A stretch of DNA of 64,000 bases from an uncultured Dictyoglomota bacterium (GTDB taxonomy: Bacteria > Dictyoglomota > Dictyoglomia > Dictyoglomales > Dictyoglomaceae): positions 52,315 to 116,314 of the forward strand of contig CAZZIO010000022.1 of assembly GCA_964654465.1 (NCBI GenBank), given 5' to 3'. A program made the position numbers and the translations under genes. The notes beneath the pieces were generated by a model. That model searched no databases. It was not told the DNA's origin and saw nothing but the letters and a program-made list of their open reading frames with translations. How positions within the stretch are numbered: the stretch's first letter is position 1; the number at the start of each line of letters is the position of its first letter. Of this stretch, positions 39,473 to 49,416 are shown piece after piece.

Positions 39473-40348
39473 TCATTTCTCACCTGCACTTAAAGAGATT
39501 CCTTGCATTAGATACTTATGGAAAACAATAAATATAATTAAAGTTGGAGCTACTGATACAAAAGCTCCTGCCATTAAAGGTCCAATTCCTCTAAAAGGAT
39601 CTCCCCAACCCGCACTAAACCTTACCAATGCTATGGGAAGAGTTAATTTTTCAGGAGAGTTCAATACAAGTAAAGGCCATAAGAAACTATTCCAAGATCC
39701 TAAAAAGGACATTAAGGCTAAAGTAGTTAAAGCTGGCTTAACATAAGGCAAAACAACAGTAACTAAAAATCTTAATCTGGAACAACCATCAATCCAAGCT
39801 GCATCCTCCAATTCTCTTGGAATACCTAACATATACTGTCTTAACAAAAATACTCCAAAAGTACTTCCAAGACCAGGCAATATCAATGCCAAATAATTAT
39901 CCATAAGCCCTAATCTATGAATAATAAAATATTGAGGCACCAAAAATAATACCCCAGGAAAAGCAAGAATAGCTACATAGCTCCAAAAAATTACATTTTT
40001 TCCTCTAAATCTTAATCTTGATAAAGCATAAGCAGCTGGAGTAGCTATAACAAGACCCAAAAAGGTTGAAATAATTGCCACAAAGAAGCTGTTTATTATC
40101 CCCCTCATTACACTTATACCACTGGCAGGTGAAAATACGATCTTATAATTTTCAAGGGTAGGTTCTTGAGGGATCCATCTTGGAGGATTCTCAGTTATAG
40201 CAACTTGCGAAGATTTCAAGGATGTAGATAACATCCAAAAAATAGGAATATACCAAATAGCAGCAATTATCCAAAGTATAATTGATAATACTATTCTTTG
40301 TAGTTCTTTATTACTCTTTAAGAGTTTCAGCCAGTTTTTTTCTTGCAT
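39473..40348 (-). CDS. CUT1 carbohydrate ABC permease (MalG-like)
   Basis: AAYALSRLRF, IPRELEDAAWIDG and WNSFLWP. Confidence 0.92.
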   Translation of the reverse strand: MQEKNWLKLLKSNKELQRIVLSIILWIIAAIWYIPIFWMLSTSLKSSQVAITENPPRWIPQEPTLENYKIVFSPASGISVMRGIINSFFVAIISTFLGLVIATPAAYALSRLRFRGKNVIFWSYVAILAFPGVLFLVPQYFIIHRLGLMDNYLALILPGLGSTFGVFLLRQYMLGIPRELEDAAWIDGCSRLRFLVTVVLPYVKPALTTLALMSFLGSWNSFLWPLLVLNSPEKLTLPIALVRFSAGWGDPFRGIGPLMAGAFVSVAPTLIIFIVFHKYLMQGISLSAGEK

Positions 40349-40352
40349 AATT

Positions 40353-41267
40353 TCACTCCTCTGCACTTCTAATTGTCTTAGTAAGCATAAAAAGTTGAAT
40401 CAAAGCAAAAATTAACACAATTGCAAATATATACCATGAAATAGCAGCAGCCTGTCCTAATTCTTGACGAGTAAAACCAATTAAATAGAGATAATAAACC
40501 ATTGTCCTTGTACTTCCTGCAGGTCCTCCTCCAGTAAAGAAATAAACCTGGTCAAATAATCCGAACGCTAAAAGTACTTGTCTTACAACATCAAAAAAGA
40601 GTACATTTCTCATCCAAGGAAGAGTTACATTCCAGAAAATTCTCCAAGGACCAGCCCCGTCAATTTTTGCAGCCTCATATTGCTCAGGAGGTATTCTTTG
40701 TAAAGCACCAAGATATAGTAAAACACTGAATCCAACAATCCACCATACAGTGGTTATAATTATACAAAGCCATGCTCTGGCAGGAGTCTCAAACCAAGAA
40801 ATAGCTTCACTAAGAATACCAAATTTTGTAAGATAATAATTTAGAAGACCTGTTGGATAAGATGCATATATCCATTTCCAAGTTGTAAGGATACCAACAG
40901 AACCAAAGAATGTGGGAGAAACAAAAGCTATTAATAACCATAATTTACCATAAATCTTTTGGTTAAGTATTAAGGCAATAATCATAGCAACTATAATTAC
41001 TAACGGTATACTAACAACTGCAAAAATTACTGTATTTTTTACTGCAAGCCAAAATCTATCATCTGTCCAAATACGCACAAAATTCTGAAACCCCACAAAA
41101 GTTTTTTGTCCTAAAAGATTCCAATTATAAAAACTTATCTGTATATTTGAGATAAGTGGAATAATAATAAACAAAACAAAAAAGAAAAAGTGGGGGAGCA
41201 GGAACCCCCAGTTCCCAAGCTCCCACCACACTTTATTAGAAAAAATTTTCAGTTTCATAGTAGCCAT
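40353..41267 (-). CDS. CUT1 carbohydrate ABC permease (MalF-like)
   Basis: FVGFQNF, LQRIP..YEAAKIDGA and GGGPAGST. Confidence 0.92.
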   Translation of the reverse strand: MATMKLKIFSNKVWWELGNWGFLLPHFFFFVLFIIIPLISNIQISFYNWNLLGQKTFVGFQNFVRIWTDDRFWLAVKNTVIFAVVSIPLVIIVAMIIALILNQKIYGKLWLLIAFVSPTFFGSVGILTTWKWIYASYPTGLLNYYLTKFGILSEAISWFETPARAWLCIIITTVWWIVGFSVLLYLGALQRIPPEQYEAAKIDGAGPWRIFWNVTLPWMRNVLFFDVVRQVLLAFGLFDQVYFFTGGGPAGSTRTMVYYLYLIGFTRQELGQAAAISWYIFAIVLIFALIQLFMLTKTIRSAEE

Positions 41268-41289
41268 TTCATATCTCTCCCTTATATAT

Positions 41290-42537
41290 TTACCTTGCTG
41301 TTGACCAATAATCATCAAGAATTCTCTGCACAGCTTTTTCAGCTCTTTCCATTGCTTGCTCAGGAGTTAATTTTCTTGTTATAAGAACATCCTCTAAATA
41401 GACTGCTATTTCATCTAATACTTCAGAAATGTAAGGGAAGAATTGAAATGTTTTTACATATGGTAATTGCTGTGCAACCACATATATATGGGGTAGTTTC
41501 TTCTTTAATTCATCAGAAGTAGCTATAGACCTTCTTGAAGGAGTTTGCCCTGCTGCATACCAATCAAGAGCATGATCCCATAAATATTTTACCCATCTCA
41601 TTGAAGCTTGATATATCTTAGAATCTTGAACCATAACTTCAGGCAAAGCTATAATATGGGAACCACCAAATACTGCTTTTTTAGTACCCACTTGTGGACA
41701 TGGGGCATACCCAAAATCCTTTCCAAGAGCCTGCAACCATGGGTTTATAGTCCATATTCCAGTAATTAAGACAGAAGTTTGACCTGATTGGAATGGTGGA
41801 CCAGGATCTACAGCAGCTTTTGGGAAAATACCTCTTTCTTGGAGATCCATAAGGAATTTAAGGGTTTGAACAGCTGCATCTTTAAATGCTGGCTTCTTAA
41901 AATCAGGAGTCAAAAGATCTCCACCAAATTGCCAGAGAAAATGAACAAATATCCAAGCCCATGTAGGATTTTCATAGTAAGGTGTTAATCCTTTTGGTGT
42001 TATTTTCTTTAAAGCCTCCATTGCCTTAATAAACTCATCCCTTGTTCTTGGAGGCCTCTCAGGGTCAAGCCCTGCTTTTTTGAAATTTGCTTTGTTGTAT
42101 GCCATGTAAAAAATCCATACATCAAGTGGTATTCCATAATACTTGTTATCTTTAACTAAACCTTCCAATAAATTAGGGTATACATCTTTTATATTCACTC
42201 CGTATTTTGCTAATTCTCCTAATGTGAATCCCTTCATTTGATTAAGATACATTGGTAAATCAAACTTTCTAATAAGAAGAACCTGTGGGGCAGACTTTGT
42301 AGCTAAACCAGTCGATAACTTTTGCTTATATTCAACTGAACTACCTACAACCATGTGGACCACATTTACATCAGGATTTTCCTTGTTGAAATTCTGTATT
42401 ATTTGGTCCATATATGCTCCATCAGCACCACTTAATGGGGTCATAAAAGTAATTTGAACTTTGGTTTGCGATGAAGAAATATTGAGAATAAACAGAAGAA
42501 GAATCAAAAGGATACTTAGTGGAAGAATCTTTTTCAC
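41290..42537 (-). CDS. CUT1 sugar-binding protein (arabino-oligosaccharide by context)
   Basis: Signal peptide, FMTPLSGADG, YGIPLD, YNK..F..AGLD and FGGSH. GTG start behind GGAGGTG. Confidence 0.88.
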   Translation of the reverse strand: MKKILPLSILLILLLFILNISSSQTKVQITFMTPLSGADGAYMDQIIQNFNKENPDVNVVHMVVGSSVEYKQKLSTGLATKSAPQVLLIRKFDLPMYLNQMKGFTLGELAKYGVNIKDVYPNLLEGLVKDNKYYGIPLDVWIFYMAYNKANFKKAGLDPERPPRTRDEFIKAMEALKKITPKGLTPYYENPTWAWIFVHFLWQFGGDLLTPDFKKPAFKDAAVQTLKFLMDLQERGIFPKAAVDPGPPFQSGQTSVLITGIWTINPWLQALGKDFGYAPCPQVGTKKAVFGGSHIIALPEVMVQDSKIYQASMRWVKYLWDHALDWYAAGQTPSRRSIATSDELKKKLPHIYVVAQQLPYVKTFQFFPYISEVLDEIAVYLEDVLITRKLTPEQAMERAEKAVQRILDDYWSTAR

Positions 42538-42577
42538 AGAGGTCACCTCCCCTACTTTAATAAAATTTTCATTAAAA

Positions 42578-42606
42578 ATTTTATCTACTAAAAACATAAA
42601 TGTCAA
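42578..42606 (-). promoter_or_regulatory. Promoter TTGACA-17-TAAAAT of the arabinan ABC operon
   Basis: tgtcaa at 42601-42606 and atttta at 42578-42583. Confidence 0.75.
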
Positions 42607-42671
42607 GTATAAATTTTAAAATCCTTTATTTATCTAAATTTCTTTCTTATATTTAACACATTAATCCTACC

Positions 42672-42687
42672 CGAAAAGGTTTTCATA
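42672..42687. promoter_or_regulatory. LacI-type operator (arabinose regulon) CGAAAAGGTTTTCATA
   Basis: 14/16 identical to the reverse complement of the 51913 site and 13/16 to the 49250 site. Confidence 0.55.
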
Positions 42688-42696
42688 TAACTCATC

Positions 42697-42728
42697 AAAA
42701 AGGGGAGCACATATTGATGCTCCCCTTT
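42697..42728 (-). terminator. Terminator after the isomerase gene
   Basis: AAAGGGGAGCA-catattga-TGCTCCCCTTT. Confidence 0.8.
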
Positions 42729-42744
42729 AGAACCTTATCTCACT

Positions 42745-44229
42745 CTATTTTAAAAAAGGATTTTCATGAGGATATCTTTCATTGGGTCCCAAATTATAAT
42801 AAATTTCCTCTATACCAAGTAGTTTCAGCACCTCATAAATATATCTTGCAACATGCTTAAAACCAACTGCAGTGTGATGAGGAAATTTCTTTTCTAACAT
42901 CACATATCTATAGAATCTCCCCATCTCTCTAATTGCAAAAACACCTATGCTACCAAAAGATCTTGGATCCATATCAAGAATTTCTCCTTCAGCAACATAT
43001 GAGATTAATCTTGCATCAGGAGTTGCATGTAACCTAAATATGAGCATTTCACCAGGTCTTAATCTTCCCTCTAAAGTACCTCTGGTAATATTAGGCTCCT
43101 TATCTGGCTCCATTAATCTATGCATAATCAATTGATATCTCATAGAATAATCAATAAGACAACAAGAAGGAGTGTTTCCACAATGAAATCCCATGAATAG
43201 ATCTGTAGGTTTATAATCTTTCATTTTATCTTTTTGCTCTTCCATAAGATCATAAGGTACAGTATTATTTACATCTAAAAGAGTAGCTGGCATCTCACTG
43301 GTAGTATAAATAATATATTCACTAAGTGCACCATAAACATCAACCTCGCAAGCAACAGGGATTCCTCTTGTTGCAAGTCTTGAATTTATATAACAAGGAA
43401 CAAAACCAAAATATTTCTCAAAGGCCGGCCAACACTTATTTGCAAATATACCAAATTCAGAAGCACCTAAGTTTTTCTCCATAAAATCAATTAATGCAAT
43501 TTCATATTGAGCTAATTTTCTTAGCAATTCTGGATATTTATTTCCAGTTCCAAGCTCTTTAGCCATATCTTCCATCACTTCAGGAATTCTTGGATCGTTT
43601 TCAGCTCGCTTATATACATCGTAGAGATCTAATTCACTATTCTCCATTATAGATATACCTATATCATATAGGGGTTTTATAGGTGTGTGCATTGTAACAA
43701 AATCTTGAGGTCTTGGACCAAAAGAGAAAATCTTTAATTTCTTTAAAGCAAGAATAGTTCTTGCTATTGGTATAAAATCCTTTATCATTTCTGCAATTTC
43801 TGAAGGTAAACCCACAGGATAATGTGGTATATAAGCTTTTACATTTCTTAGACCAAGGTTATAACATAAACTTAGAAAACCACAGTAAGCATCTCCTCTA
43901 CCATTGAATAAATCTTTACCCGTTTCCTCTCCAGCTGCACATACCATAACAGGCCCATCAAAATTTTGAGCAAGCAGAGATGTAGGACCTTCAGGACCAA
44001 AATTTCCAAGATAAATTACCAAAGCATTTATCCCTTTTTCTTTAATTTCATTTAATACTTTAACAGTATCATTTTCGTTTTCTATTATTGTTTCCACATT
44101 TATTATCGGTATTTCTTTTTTATTACATTCCTCAATTACTTTATTTTTTCTATTACGAGAAAGCTCAATAGGAAAACAATCTCTACTTACAGCTACTATA
44201 CCAAGTTTCACTTCAGGAACATTTTTCAA
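42745..44229 (-). CDS. FucI/AraA-superfamily sugar isomerase, probable non-canonical L-arabinose isomerase
   Basis: GNFGPE, RGDAYCG, KCWP, ACEVD, LLDVN, FHCGN and FPHH. Directly downstream of araD. TTG start behind GGAGGTG. Confidence 0.75.
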   Translation of the reverse strand: MKNVPEVKLGIVAVSRDCFPIELSRNRKNKVIEECNKKEIPIINVETIIENENDTVKVLNEIKEKGINALVIYLGNFGPEGPTSLLAQNFDGPVMVCAAGEETGKDLFNGRGDAYCGFLSLCYNLGLRNVKAYIPHYPVGLPSEIAEMIKDFIPIARTILALKKLKIFSFGPRPQDFVTMHTPIKPLYDIGISIMENSELDLYDVYKRAENDPRIPEVMEDMAKELGTGNKYPELLRKLAQYEIALIDFMEKNLGASEFGIFANKCWPAFEKYFGFVPCYINSRLATRGIPVACEVDVYGALSEYIIYTTSEMPATLLDVNNTVPYDLMEEQKDKMKDYKPTDLFMGFHCGNTPSCCLIDYSMRYQLIMHRLMEPDKEPNITRGTLEGRLRPGEMLIFRLHATPDARLISYVAEGEILDMDPRSFGSIGVFAIREMGRFYRYVMLEKKFPHHTAVGFKHVARYIYEVLKLLGIEEIYYNLGPNERYPHENPFLK

Positions 44230-44247
44230 AAAAATCACCTCCTTATT

Positions 44248-44937
44248 TTATTTTTGTCCATAAACCTCATGAAACCTTTTAAACCATTTTTCAATCTCTT
44301 CCTTAGGAAGAAGATCAAGTTTACCTATTGTTAAAGCCAAATAACAAGTCTTAGCAATTTCTTCCACCATCACAGCATATTTCAGGGCTTCCGATGGTGT
44401 CCTTCCAAAAGTAAAAACACCATGACTTTTTAAAAGCACTACTGGTACAAAAGGTAAGTGCTTTTTTACCCATTCTGGTCTATCCTCTTTATTTATTACT
44501 TCTAATAACGCATTACCTACATCTTCTAATGGTAATGGAGAAGCATATCTCGCAACAGGTATTTCTTCACCAAAATAATCTGCATGAGAAGTAAGATAAA
44601 CAGGAATAGGTTTACCTAATAATGCAAAGCTTGTAGCATAGGGTGAATGAGTATGAACAATACCACCTATATCTTTACGGCCTTTATAAACCACAAGATG
44701 TGAAAGAGTATCTACTGAAGGTTTTAAATCTCCTTCCACAATATTTCCTTCAATATCTACCACTACCATCTTTTCTGGTGTTAAATCTTCATATTTTACT
44801 CCGCTTGGTTTTATGACTATATATCCTGTCTCAAAATCTCTTCCACTTACATTTCCACTTGTCATAACAACAAGACCATTCTTAGGAAGTTCCATATTCA
44901 TCTCATATACTTCTTTTCTTAACTTGGGTAACAGCAT
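44248..44937 (-). CDS. araD: L-ribulose-5-phosphate 4-epimerase
   Basis: TSGNVS, IKPSGV, PSVDT..H, VHTHS, SHADYF and YGQK end. Confidence 0.92.
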   Translation of the reverse strand: MLLPKLRKEVYEMNMELPKNGLVVMTSGNVSGRDFETGYIVIKPSGVKYEDLTPEKMVVVDIEGNIVEGDLKPSVDTLSHLVVYKGRKDIGGIVHTHSPYATSFALLGKPIPVYLTSHADYFGEEIPVARYASPLPLEDVGNALLEVINKEDRPEWVKKHLPFVPVVLLKSHGVFTFGRTPSEALKYAVMVEEIAKTCYLALTIGKLDLLPKEEIEKWFKRFHEVYGQK

Positions 44938-44955
44938 ATTAACTACCCCTTTTCA

Positions 44956-46509
<1,554 letters not shown>

Positions 46510-46516
46510 TTATATT

Positions 46517-47512
46517 TTAAGTAGATTCTCTTACCACCAACTTAGGTGTAAAAACCTTTTGAAATAAATGTTTCTCAGCATTTTCAGTATTTAAGATCTC
46601 TAAAAGAGCTTCTGCTGCTTTTACACCCATATCATACTTTGATATATCAATAGTTGTAAGAGACGGATTTAATAACTCCGTATAATCTAAATTATCACAT
46701 CCCACTATAGCAACATCATCAGGTATTCTAAGTTTCATATTTTTTAAAATTTTCATAACTTCTACAGCTATAGAATCACAAAAGCAGAAAATAGCAGTTG
46801 GTCTTGTTTTCATAGAAAAAATATTCTCTATAATAGCTTTTAAATCTGAATTTGGATGTAAAGAATAAATAAGTTTCGGATTAATCAATAAACCTGCCTC
46901 TCTTAAAGCAGTTTTATATCCTTCTAACCTTAATTTTGCACTCGAGTTTCTCCATGAGTTAAGAAAAAAAATCTTTCTATACCCTCTTTCTATCAAATGT
47001 TCTGTGGCCATTTTTCCCACTAAGAAATCATCACAAACTACATAGTTTGTATTTTCATCAGCTGTTCTTCTTGCCACTAATACAAAGGGTATCTGATTCT
47101 CACAAAGATATTTTACATTTTGAGATTCATATTCAATAGGAGCTAATATAATGCCATCTACTCTCTGTCCTATTAATGAAAGAATTGCTTCTTTCTCTTT
47201 TTTGGGATCCTCGTTGGAGTTATATAAAATTAAATTATACCCTCTTGATACCAGAATGCTTTCTATACCACTTACTAAATTAGCATAAAATGGATTTAAT
47301 ATAGTAGTAATAATTACTCCAATTTTTTTTGTTTTTCCAGATAAAAGACCTCTTGCAAGAGAATTAGGTACATACCCTAATTTTTGTGCAGCCTCCAGAA
47401 CCCTTTTTCTTGTAGCTGGACTAACCTCCCCTCTATTATTAAGGGCCCTGGAAGCTGTAGCAATTCCAACACCAGCTAATTTTGCAACATCTCTTATTGT
47501 AACATGTCTCAC
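46517..47512 (-). CDS. LacI-family regulator (probable arabinose regulon repressor)
   Basis: TIRDVAKLAGVGIATASRALN HTH and YVPN hinge. Directly upstream of abfA-araD-isomerase. Confidence 0.92.
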   Translation of the reverse strand: MRHVTIRDVAKLAGVGIATASRALNNRGEVSPATRKRVLEAAQKLGYVPNSLARGLLSGKTKKIGVIITTILNPFYANLVSGIESILVSRGYNLILYNSNEDPKKEKEAILSLIGQRVDGIILAPIEYESQNVKYLCENQIPFVLVARRTADENTNYVVCDDFLVGKMATEHLIERGYRKIFFLNSWRNSSAKLRLEGYKTALREAGLLINPKLIYSLHPNSDLKAIIENIFSMKTRPTAIFCFCDSIAVEVMKILKNMKLRIPDDVAIVGCDNLDYTELLNPSLTTIDISKYDMGVKAAEALLEILNTENAEKHLFQKVFTPKLVVREST

Positions 47513-47571
47513 TTTAATCTCCCTCTTTTTTTAGTAAAATTTATACTATATTTTTAAAAATTTTTCAATAT

Positions 47572-47613
47572 AAAAATGAGGTAGGAGAAGCTTAGTAACC
47601 CCTCCTACCTCAT
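47572..47613 (-). terminator. Terminator after the LamG lipoprotein genes
   Basis: ATGAGGTAGGAG/CTCCTACCTCAT inverted repeat with an A-run on the + side. Confidence 0.75.
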
Positions 47614-47626
47614 GTAAAAAACATAT

Positions 47627-48361
47627 TTATTGTTTTGTGGCAAGAGACAAAACCTCAGAATCAGTCAGAACACCATTGTAAACTCTTAAATCGTCAATTA
47701 CTCCTTTAAAAGGTGAATCCCAGTAGTTTACTCCTAAAGCAAAAAGAGCATCTTTTCCTGTGAAAAGATCTGGAAAACCACCATTATCAAATTTCTTTTC
47801 ACCATTTATATATATCTTAATATTACCATTGTTTACTGTTACTGCAATATGGTACCATCTATCTGTTTCTAATGTGTATCCTGTCTTACCATCATACCAT
47901 CCCTGTCCATTATTATAATTTGACCATACCGCAAGTTGACTTGGAGGATCATATAAATCATGTCCACCTGGAATTATACTTAACCACTCATTTGGTACAT
48001 CTTTCTTAACTGCACCAAAAAAGACTGGGGTAAAATAGGAAAGGGTCTCTGCATTTAACCAAAGCGATATACTATATTGATAAGTAGATATTAAATTATT
48101 AGGCAATAGTATTCCAGAAGCCCCATCTAAATAAACCGCTTTTCCATCAATTCCTACAGTGTAAGTAATATTACCTCCAGGTTCACCTATTTTACCTCCA
48201 CAAACTTGTCCTTCACCATAGTTTCCTACAGAGTCACTTAAATCTTCCTCAAATTTATAATGGGCCAACAATACTGCAGAAGATGTTGTTATGGGTTTAC
48301 TACAACCTGATAAAAAAACTATTAATAAAGTTATAATTATTAAGCTAACTATCTTTCTCAT
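47627..48361 (-). CDS. Lipoprotein with a LamG-like jellyroll domain
   Basis: Lipobox FLSG-C. AHYKFE, GIDGKAVYLDG, YSISLW, WYHIAVT..IYING and GVNYWD..F.G.IDDLRVY. Confidence 0.85.
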   Translation of the reverse strand: MRKIVSLIIITLLIVFLSGCSKPITTSSAVLLAHYKFEEDLSDSVGNYGEGQVCGGKIGEPGGNITYTVGIDGKAVYLDGASGILLPNNLISTYQYSISLWLNAETLSYFTPVFFGAVKKDVPNEWLSIIPGGHDLYDPPSQLAVWSNYNNGQGWYDGKTGYTLETDRWYHIAVTVNNGNIKIYINGEKKFDNGGFPDLFTGKDALFALGVNYWDSPFKGVIDDLRVYNGVLTDSEVLSLATKQ

Positions 48362-48391
48362 ACACTTAATTCCCCCTTCATCTACAAAAAT

Positions 48392-49141
48392 CTACTTTCC
48401 TAAACTTGCAAGCTCTCTTACCTCTTCATCAGTTAGAACCTTATTATAAATTCTTAGTTCATCAATTTTACCTTTAAAGGGTAGATCCCACCAATTTACT
48501 CCTAAGGTTATTACAACTTTATCTCCTCTAAATAAATCTTGTACCTTCTTACCTTCAAATCTTTTTTCTCCATTTATATATACTCTAACTAATCCATTAT
48601 CTACTGTAACGACAAAGTGATACCATTTCCCAACCTCAAATTTAACATCTGTCCAACCATCAAACCATGCACTTCCAGACCAAAAACCAGCTCTACCTTC
48701 AAATAATGAATGACCTCCGGGGACAATACTTATCCAAGTATCAGGATTTACAGCTGCAAAAAAAGCGGTAGTGTAATAGTTTAATTCCTCAGGGTAAATC
48801 CAAAGAGCTATAGAATATTCATATGTTTCTATAGACCCTTCATAAAGTAAAACTCCAGAATTTCCATCTAAAACTAATGCCTTACCAACAACTCCATCTC
48901 CAAAACTTACTTGTCCACCTGTTTGATCAACTTTAGGACCAATAACTTTACCCTCTCCTAACAAACCATTAGCGTCTCTTAAATCTCCATCAAAAGGATA
49001 ATAAGCCACTAATCCTTTGGGAAGTTCAAGCCTTTGTGGTATCTGTTGAATTTGTTGTAAAGATGTTTCTCCTGTTTTATTACATCCTGCAATCAGCAAC
49101 AACATAACTAAAACTCCTAATACACTTATTGCTTTTTTCAT
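48392..49141 (-). CDS. Lipoprotein with a LamG-like jellyroll domain
   Basis: Lipobox LIAG-C. AYYPFDG, GVVGKALVLDG, WYHFVVT..VYING and GVNWWD..F.G.IDELRIY. Paralog of the adjacent gene. Confidence 0.85.
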   Translation of the reverse strand: MKKAISVLGVLVMLLLIAGCNKTGETSLQQIQQIPQRLELPKGLVAYYPFDGDLRDANGLLGEGKVIGPKVDQTGGQVSFGDGVVGKALVLDGNSGVLLYEGSIETYEYSIALWIYPEELNYYTTAFFAAVNPDTWISIVPGGHSLFEGRAGFWSGSAWFDGWTDVKFEVGKWYHFVVTVDNGLVRVYINGEKRFEGKKVQDLFRGDKVVITLGVNWWDLPFKGKIDELRIYNKVLTDEEVRELASLGK

Positions 49142-49249
49142 CTTTTAAACCCCCTTTAAATTAATATTTAATTTTAAAACTATATCTTTTATAAACACCA
49201 TAGAATTGAAAAATCTTTCAAATATCACCTCCCCCTGTTATTCAATTTC

Positions 49250-49265
49250 TGGAAAGGTTTCCATA
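49250..49265. promoter_or_regulatory. LacI-type operator TGGAAAGGTTTCCATA
   Basis: Palindrome TGGAAA-GG-TTTCCA, 15/16 identical to the reverse complement of 51913-51928. Confidence 0.7.
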
Positions 49266-49337
49266 TACATATAAAAATAAAATTTTCAATAAAAACTATA
49301 TCATTTTATAATCTTAGTTAATAAAATTTTTATTTAA

Positions 49338-49366
49338 ATTTTAACCCCATACTTTTAAATAGTCAA
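49338..49366 (-). promoter_or_regulatory. Promoter TTGACT-17-TAAAAT for the LamG lipoprotein genes
   Basis: agtcaa at 49361-49366 and atttta at 49338-49343. Confidence 0.65.
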
Positions 49367-49416
49367 TAGGAAGATAAGGGGGATTACAACATCCCCCTCA
49401 ATATGAATTAACAAAC

